64,000 bases of DNA from Monocercomonoides exilis PA203 (Eukaryota; Protista; Preaxostyla), in contig LSRY02000037.1 of the NCBI GenBank assembly GCA_001643675.2, positions 620,001-684,000 on the forward strand, in the 5' to 3' direction. The notes beneath the pieces are model-generated. The model was not told where the DNA came from and ran no database searches. It worked only from the letters and a program-made list of their open reading frames with translations. The position numbers and the translations under genes are program-made. Shown here one piece after another: positions 55,448-64,000 of the stretch. How positions within the stretch are numbered: position 1 is the first letter of the stretch; each line of letters begins with the position of its first letter.

Positions 55448-55691
55448 TGTCAAAATTTTATTATAAAGTTAATTTTGTGTAATTTTCAAATAAAATGAAA
55501 ATTAAATTTGTCGATCAAATTTATGTTCTCAAACACGAAATTTCAAAAAAAAAATGAAACAAAATCTTGATAATGTTTATATTTCCATTTCAGTGAAATT
55601 TGATGAGTGGGAACAGAAATGTGATCGAAATATGAAATTTTTGTTTTATTTGAAAATAAAACAAAAGGAACTTTTCAAAAAAATTTAGACA
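55448..55691. mobile_element. MITE family C, copy 3
   Basis: TGTCAAAATTTT...CAAAAGGAACTTTTCAAAAAAATTTAGACA inverted arms. Confidence 0.8.
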
Positions 55692-55942
55692 TGTCTGTAT
55701 TTTGAAAAGCACAACTTGAGTCATTGTTATTCTTATTCAAAAAAGCATTTTTTAAAATAATAATGAAATCCATATTTATTTTCAACTTTGTCAAATCTGT
55801 TAATGTTAACAATTTTGCAAAAACATTTGATTCCTTTTTGTTGAACTTTTCTTGGTTGCAAGTTCATTCATCTCATTCTCACTTTGGTTTCCGTTATCTC
55901 TATTTTTATTTCATCACTTTTTTCTGGATCTGTTTTCCAAAT

Positions 55943-57270
55943 TCAGCGATGCCCCATTTGATGCAATACACACTCCCCACGCCCTTCTCTCCTCTTCTCT
56001 CTCCTCCCAAACAGCCTCTCCCTTATAAATGTGATGCTCATTGTCCCGTCCGGCTGTGTCATCCCTTCCACAACCGGCTTCGCCACAATCCGCTCCCGCT
56101 CCGCACACAGCTCCACAAGCTCCCGCTTCACCGTCATCATTACCAGATAGTCCTGCTATCTCCCATGTGCACTCTCGTCAATCAGCTTCAAAAACTTCAA
56201 ATGTGGTGATTCCTCATCTCGAATCTGTCACTCTTCTTCTTCTTCTTCCTCTTCCTCTTTTTTTTCTTTCTCCAAATCTATCGAACTTCCCTCTCTCTTT
56301 GACTTTTTATTTGTTGCCAAAACATTGGTTGGAATTTCCACATGTTTCTCATCTTTCCTCACTCCCTCTGAACTTCCATCTGAAGTTATGCCCAGAGATC
56401 CATCTGCTGCTTCTTCTTCTGCTGCTCTTCTGTTCTCCTGTTGAATGCCATTGGATGGAGAAGAACTGCACACTTCAGGTTTCATTGGATGCTGCTTGCT
56501 TTCACACACCTCAGTCTCTGCCTTCACAAATCTCAGCCCGCTCAGCCCAAGCGCCTCCACAACCAGCGGCGCCATCGCTTCTTCCAGCTTCCCCTGGTTC
56601 TCTTTGATTCTCTCCACAAACTCTCTGTGAGCTGTCGGATACCCGCCTTTCTCCTCATTCCCTTCACCTTCTTCTCTCCCTCCATCTTCTTCTCCCTCTT
56701 TGTCTCCCCTTTCTCCACAATCTCCCACACTTCACACAATGTTGCACCTCACCCCATCACTTCGTTGTCAATCTTCGCCACCACACACCTCGACTACTGC
56801 AATCGTGACACAAGCAGCACTATCACCGATGGCAGCTGCGAAGTTTAAAATAGATAATTGTTTGACTGGAATACGTTCATATCTGCAGCAGAAAAGATCC
56901 TCTTGTTTCCCGACTTCGTGCACAACGATGCTGTAAGCGATGGAAGCAGTGCCACCAGCAGAACAGAAAGCATCTCCGGTATCAGTCCATTTAATGCACA
57001 CACAACACCTCCATAAAGCACACCCCTCCGAGCCACAACATATCCCCGCAGCGTCTGTTGCTCCCTCAGTTTCGACTTCTTGTGATTTTCATTCACTTCA
57101 GCCGCCTCTTGATGGAACAATCTTTGATCTCCTCAAATTTTCATTCATCTCAACGACAGATGTGTCGAAAGAGGCAACCGCTGATGCTTCTGTCGAACAG
57201 ATTTCTGGAACAATGGAAAATTTTTTAACAGATGGAAAGGCTCATCTTTCAAATCAACCGAATCGAAGTT
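55943..57270 (-). pseudogene. Unknown repeated protein family, copy 2
   Basis: Homologous to 36870-37500; continues into the charged ORF 56228..56728. Confidence 0.6.
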
Positions 57271-57815
57271 AATATTCTGCAATTGCAAGGAAAACGCAAA
57301 GCCAAAGCTGATCAAAAAAACAGATCATGATAAGTTGGATGAAGATAAAGGAAAAGAGAAGATAGAAAAAAATGCAGAAAATGACTGGAAAAGATTGATT
57401 CAATTGAATCAATGCTTTGACTGTTTTGCAGATTCAAAGAATTCAGTTCAAAGCTGAAAATAATCAACGTCCCTCGAGAATCCTTATATAAAAATTATTT
57501 TTTTGGTAAAATAAAAACTTATCATATAAGCTTTTTCAAAATAATTTCAATCGAATAAAGTTGTTGCAATCAATGACCTGTTTGTTTGATGAAGGAAGAA
57601 AAAATGAATAATGATTTCAAAGAACGAAGGTCTCAAAAGATCGAAGTTAAAATGCTCGATAAAAAATTTTCCATTCTTTATTATTTTCAAATAATAAATG
57701 ATATTTTGATAATTTGCCTCTTCACAATTTTATTATTCAATAGCCCAGATAGTATAATTGTTCTATGCTCATATTTCTTAAAAAATATATCGAAAGAGAA
57801 ATAATCTTTTTTTCA

Positions 57816-58250
57816 TCATTCCTTTCGGACAAACAAATTTTGTAAATATGAATGCATGAAAAACTTGATTGCAAAAAAGAAACAAACTTGTAGAAGTGCT
57901 TCCAACGAACGCATGCTTAAAGAATATCTCTTTTCTCCAATTATGTTTTTAATTTTAGAAATGGCTCTTTCGCAGCAAGCTTCACTGCAAGGGAAAGTTA
58001 TTAGCGCAAGACAAAGCACAGAATAGACCGTTTGTAGATCTCCATGTGAAGAAAAAGCGTTATGAAATTATTCTACACCTTCCTCTTCAACTTCAGATGA
58101 GCAACTTTTCATGAATCGTTGAAATGACATACCGCAGCCTTCTATTATTTTTTTGTCCAAATTTCCGATGGTCTTTTTGTTGTATTTAATAAATGCTGAT
58201 GACAATCGAGGAAACCAATCCGTCAATATCATACTTTCAATCATCTGATT
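57816..58250 (-). mobile_element. hAT C-terminal dimerisation domain fragment
   Basis: LITFPCSEACCERAISKIKNIIGEKRYSL fits the hAT family C-terminal motif (P.S.A..ER.FS). Confidence 0.8.
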
Positions 58251-58269
58251 TCACTCTCTCTCTTTTATA

Positions 58270-58511
58270 TTTCAAATTTTTTTTGAAAAGTTCCTTTTGT
58301 TCAATTTTCAAATAAAGTTATAATTTCATATTTCTATCAAATTTCTATTCCCACTTACGAAACTTCACTTTAAATAAAATAATAACATTCTCAAAATTTA
58401 ATTTTCTTGATTGCGAAATTTTGTCAATGGGAACAGAAATTTGATCGAAATATGAAATTTTAACTTTATTTGATAATTAAACAAAAGGAACTTTTCAAAA
58501 AAATTTTGACA
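58270..58511. mobile_element. MITE family C, copy 4
   Basis: tttgaaaagttccttttg...caaaaggaacttttcaaaa inverted arms. Confidence 0.8.
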
Positions 58512-59105
58512 GATCACACATTTTTGATAATAATTTTTCCGATTTTCAATAATTTTGTTTTTTTTTTTTTTTTTTTTTTTTTTTGTTTTTGTTTTTGAAA
58601 AGAAAAAAAAAATAATCTTTATTGCAAAGCATAAACGTGCTTGATAATAATAATTATTGAATGTGATTTTTCTCTTTCATAACTGTTGGTTCATATTTTC
58701 AATTTTTGAAAGTGGATCAGTTATTTTTGATTGTCAGTATTAATGGAAAATTGTTCCCATTCAAATGTGTAATTATTCAGTTGAAATAATCATGTTTTGA
58801 AATAACGTGATTTTTTTCTTTCGCATCAGTCAAATATCATATATATGTGTTTGAAAGTCAGTCAGTTACCCAGGCTTAGCTTTCAACAAATAATATGGGA
58901 CAGAATTCTTTTTTTCATGAAAAATACAAAATTTATTCCAAACTTTTCCCACCTTCATATCATAACAAGTCAAACACTCTCAGGACTAAATGTTTGGAAA
59001 ATTTAAAAAAAAAAATAAGAAATTTATTCGAAAACTCTGAATGGAACAAAATGCATGAGCGAAAAATATCGTTCCATATGTTATATCTGTTTATTTTCTT
59101 ATTTA

Positions 59106-60113
59106 GGGTCAACTTTATTATGGGACATTTTCCTTAATTGGCACTTTTTTTGTTTTTGCTTGCAAAATGTCGACAAATGAGAAGTAGTTTTCAGCATTTG
59201 GTTAACCGATTTTAACAAAGTTGATTCAATTTATTACCTGTTTGTTTTTTGATTTTTGTTTATTATTTAATTAGAAATTTCGTTTTTTTGATAAATTTGA
59301 ATTGGTTTTTCCTTCTCAACCAAGCATTTCCAGAAAATGAAAAATACTGTTTTTAAAGCACTAACTTTTATCTATCTGTTTTTTAATTCTTGTTTTTGAC
59401 AAACATTTTTTTCTTTATTTTTTCGCATTTCAGATTTTCATCAACATGAAAACATAAAACTGTTTATTTCTTTATTAATATAATGAAATGATAAAAATAA
59501 AAATGTGAAATGAAAAACAAATCCTTATATAATGAAGTGTTGAAAAAATAAAATAAAGACTTTTTCTGTTTGTCAAGAATTTAACTTCGTTACAAAAACT
59601 TGATTGAAGATCATTTTAAGTTTGCGCCATTTGTCTGTTTGAGACAAACAGAAAAAGTCTTTATTTTATTTTTTCAACACTTCATTATATAAGGATTTGT
59701 TTTTCATTTCACATTTTTATTTTTATCATTTCATTATATTAATAAAGAAATAAACAGTTTTATGTTTTCATGTTGATGAAAATCTGAAATGCGATAAAAT
59801 AAAGAAAAAAGTGTTTGTGAAAAAAAAGATTTTAAAGATTAGTAGTTCGAAGCAAATGCAATATAAAACATGTCCCCAATTTCTTGAGCGATTCCCAGTT
59901 GGCTAGAAAAAGTACTATTAAACTTAACAAAAAAAACGAAATTTCTAATTAAATAATAAACAAAAATCAAAAAACAAACAGGTAATAAATTGAATCAACT
60001 TTGTTAAAATCGGTTAACCAAATGCTGAAAACTACTTCTCATTTGTCGACATTTTGCAAGCAAAAACAAAAAAAGTGCCAATTAAGGAAAATGTCCCATT
60101 AAAAAGTTGACCC
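59106..60113. mobile_element. ~1-kb foldback element, copy 2 (complete ends GGGTCAAC...GTTGACCC, TA flanks)
   Basis: Same arms and identical 68-bp spacer (59575-59642) as copy 1. The left arm has a diverged ~130-bp patch. Confidence 0.92.
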
Positions 60114-61399
60114 TATATAAACCCAAATATTTGAAGAACGTAATCCAAATAGAATTATTAAAAACTACTGTTGAGGAATGAAGAAAGAAATTGAAGTTAC
60201 AGAATGTTCTTAACTTCAGGGTTTTCCAAGACCTCCCAGGTTTTCCACCAAGGGTTAAAACATAAGAGAACCTAATCTTTCACACAAAAAGATTTTCTTT
60301 ATTTTGTCTTTGAAGCTCATTTTGTTCTAATTTTGTCACATTTCGGATTGATATCAAAAAAATCAAAATTGATGTGACAGTTGAATTCCATATCCTTTAA
60401 GAAACAACACTTAATGAACCGATTAGTATTTATAAAGATATTATATAAATTTTTTTAAGACCTTTTCAGGATTGGTTTTAGAGTTAATTTGAATAAACAT
60501 GCTTTATTAAAATTAAATCGACTTTATTAAAAAAACCCACTTCATTTGAATAAAGCGGTTTTATTTATATTGAAGAAAGATAATTCAAATTTCGTCTTAT
60601 GAATATTTTTTAAAATGGATTAGATGAATTGTGAAATAAATAAAATTTCAAAATTATTGGGTTATTTTGAAATAACCCAATAATTTTGAAATTGTTCATG
60701 GAAATTTTGAAATTTTTGGGGAATTTTGCAATAACTCGGGTTGACAAAATTTTTCTGTGAAAAAATATATTATGCATATATATGAAGTTTTTCAAAGCAT
60801 TTTATCGATAAATATTCTGTTGTTTTTTATAATTACGAATTAAAGAAAATATTTTTTAATACAATTATTTTGTAATAATGAATGATTTTTCGAAACAAGC
60901 TTTGGAATACAATTTTGTCCTTTTCAAAGTAATTGTTATTATCGTTTGAATGAATTCGTTGCTTTTTTTTAACAGATGAATAATAAGTGTCAAATTTTTG
61001 AAAAAGTCGCCAAGAAACAAAATATTTACCGATTGGAGAAAGTAATGAAGCACTCAGTGGACATTATTTATCTCAAATATTAAAATTTTCACTAATGAGT
61101 TGCATTATCTATGAAAAACTTCAACATCCAAAAAAAACGGTTCTAGATACAAATTTTTGATGTTATTTTTTGATCAATTTGAAATTTCTTTATTAGGTGA
61201 AATAAGATTTGTTGCAATTTATCATGAAAGTTTCTGAACAAGGCGTTAGAGGTTCGATGTGTTTCATAAGTTTTACCGTTGAAAAATTATTATGATTTGA
61301 AAAAACTTATTCATTCATTTTCACTGTTTATATTGGTTAGATCAATTCAAATGAAAAATACTTCTCTCAAGGTGAAAAAGAATTGAAAAATATTCAAAT

Positions 61400-62800
61400 T
61401 CAAGGAAAAATGAAATGGATGCAACAAAAAGTTAGTCATTTTCATAATGGAAATGGAATGGTTGCACATCGCAACAAGGAAGTGCTCTTTATGTGCATGA
61501 TAATGGAAAAGCCATCCTTCGAGTTGAAAATTCGTCTTTTACTATGTGTAATGCTTCTTCCGCAAGATGTGGAAGAATATTTGATTTGAATTTCGCTGAA
61601 TGTGTTTTACTCCAGATTACATTTGTTCAACGTTCCGCAAAAGGAACCACCGAGTTGGGAGGCGGGGAAGGGATAAAGATCGAAAACGTTAATGCACAGC
61701 CAGTGGTTTATGATTGCTCCTTTCAAAATTACTCTTCAGGCAACAACGGAGGGGCAATTGATTTGCGACCAAAGAGAACTGAAAGGCAGAAGAAATGCGT
61801 TATTAATTAGTTTATTTTTCAACTGCAGTGCGCTTAACTCTTTTGGTTCTGGATGTAGTGCAATTGAACATTGGCTTTCAATGGACAATGTCTTAATAAG
61901 TAACTGCCTATTCTGCAACTGCTTTTCGATGACAGCATATGTGCTACTGGCTCACTAATCAATGCAGTGAATAAAGGAATTTTATTTTTCTTCTGTTTTT
62001 TTTTCAATAACTCATGTGTGAAAGGTGGATATGACATTCTTCTTCAAGACTTTTCGCTAAACAACATTCATCCAAACTGTTATTCAAACGGACAAACAGA
62101 AAACAGAGTTAGCTCAAAAAACAACTCTGTTGTTGATAAAAGTGAATAGCTTGATAATGTTGGCGGACGAATCAGATTTGTTTTTTCAACTGAAGCAAAA
62201 CAAAATTCCAAAGGCGCTTTTTCATATCAGATCAATGAAAGCTATCCGTGTTATTCTATCAGCCATTGTTTTACTCAACTTTTTCCATGTTATGCAAATG
62301 AAGTCCAGATATTAGCAAAAACAATGACAGAAATAAGAAATGAAGACTTTGATGACAATGCTTATGTGAAATATGGACAAAGAAAAGTGAGCGCAACTGT
62401 CCAAACAAAAATTGAAGCAGATAATGTTTCTCATATTTAAGTCTTAACAGGAACTTGCTCTTGTGCATTGCTTAGAAGAAGAGAATTTTAATGACTCACG
62501 AATATTTGAGGAGAATGGAACTTATTATGTTGGAACAGCAGGCAGCACAACTCTTTTCTCACTAAGTCGACTGTTTTCGCGAAGCCTCCATGAAAGTTCC
62601 ATTAGCTATAGCTCCTTTATCATCTGATAATGTACTACTGTTAAATGTCAACAATGTGCAATTTGTTGCAGATTGAATTTCTTCGGATAACGGCCATTAT
62701 TGTTATTTCACAACATCTGGGCCTGCTTTCTGTCGCATTTGTCTTATCTTCCCTTTCTATTCCATAGCTGATGATACAATCTCTTCTCCAGATCTTCTTT
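61400..62800 (+). pseudogene. Right-handed beta-helix/pectin-lyase-like repeat surface protein relic
   Basis: Repeated SF.xC / FFNCSA / GGAI motifs (SSFTMCNA, CSFQNYSSGNNGGAI, LFFNCSA, ISNCLFCNC) with stops and frameshifts. Confidence 0.55.
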
Positions 62801-64000
62801 GGAGAAAATTGAATGTATAATCAAATTTCAGTCAATCCAACAGAAAAACAATTTTCAAACAATCATCATCATCATCTTTTCTTCTTCTTCGTTTTCCTCA
62901 TTTTTTTATTCCTTATCTTCAACATTTCCTGCCTTTTTGAAAAAAATCTTATGAAAGAAAACAATTCTTTCTCAAGATTCGAGATATATTTATTTCATTC
63001 GAACTATTCTTTGAATGAAAATGACTGCGATAAGAAACAAGAGATAAAAGAGAATAATTAGAAAAAAAAGAAGACAACACTGATGAAAATGCTAGGTGAG
63101 AGTCAAATGATAAATCACATTTTATGATGACTCGAAGAACAGCAACATGTTGTTGATTACCAATTCTTGAAACTTCAGACAAAAACAATGACGATAATAA
63201 TCTTATAGCGATGTAGCTATGCAAGATAAAATTCCTTCTCCATCTTAAATATCATCGTCTTGTAAAACTTCATCACTCACTGTTTGTCCAACAGCAGCAT
63301 CCCAAAGCATATTGACACTTCTTTTTCATTACTCTTCAGCTGCAGCCTCAGCAGTACCACCAGCAGCCGCACCATTTGCAACAACGCCATCTGCCCTTCT
63401 TTCTTTGAGATATCCTTTAGTGCAGTCACCTTTCACCACCTCAACCCAACCAATGCTCTCATCCATTTTCACGCAGTCGCTATAGAAAACACACTCACCG
63501 TGCATTGCAGTTCCTTCTCACACTCTTTGTAATCTCTCTGTATTCATTCAACGTTTGAGGAACTCTCCAGTGAGTTGCATTACACATATAAGGTGGACCA
63601 AGACACAACAAGAAGTCGTTTTATTTGAACGCTTCCAGTACCTTGCAAATGAAGGTGGACATCACACAGACAGCCTGTATGCATCTCGGAAGGTCCAAAG
63701 CAACAGCGCCTATGAAATCTGTGGATTGCACATACGCACAAGAGATTCCATTTGAACAGACGTGATCTTTCCTCAAGCTTCTCCTGATGACAAACAAAAA
63801 GAAAAAGACATATCAAAACAAAATATGAAATCATACAGAGCTTTTATCGCATCCTTCAGCAACTCTGCTTCTGTCTGGTTGTTGTTCAGTAAAAATTCGA
63901 GAATGCAGATGACTCTGTCCTCACCTTCTCCAACTTCAACCATTTTAACACCTCAGAAAACATCTTGATCTTCTTCTCCAACGCATCTTCAACAGCACAG

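Noticed and set aside
48631-60113. CRISPR array, Fanzor/TnpB locus or hairpin telomere
   Set aside because: No repeat-spacer periodicity and no RuvC motifs seen. The palindromes are internal, have a spacer and TE-like ends.

Overview
Very AT-rich eukaryotic DNA with short GT-AG introns and poly-Ser/poly-Glu low-complexity ORFs. It also has beta-helix-like 'F.NC..GGAI' surface-protein relics, which resemble oxymonad (Monocercomonoides-like) genomes; that taxonomic placement is inference only. The window is mostly a graveyard of decayed DNA transposons. At least five cut-and-paste lineages are recognisable from catalytic motifs: Sola-like (3 copies), pogo/DDE_1 (2), Merlin/IS1595-like (3), hAT (3) and PIF/ISL2EU-like (1). 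There are also about five non-autonomous TIR/foldback families and several degraded host-gene paralogues. No clearly intact gene was found. Top observation 1: a USP/C19 deubiquitinase domain with its Cys/His/Asp motifs sits in frame between the N-terminal region and the start of the core of a Sola-like transposase (14.3-16.9 kb), with a possible second remnant at about 22 kb. Top observation 2: two ~1 kb foldback elements (467-bp arms, identical 68-bp spacer) whose arms carry copy-specific, mirror-symmetric changes, suggesting arm-to-arm conversion.
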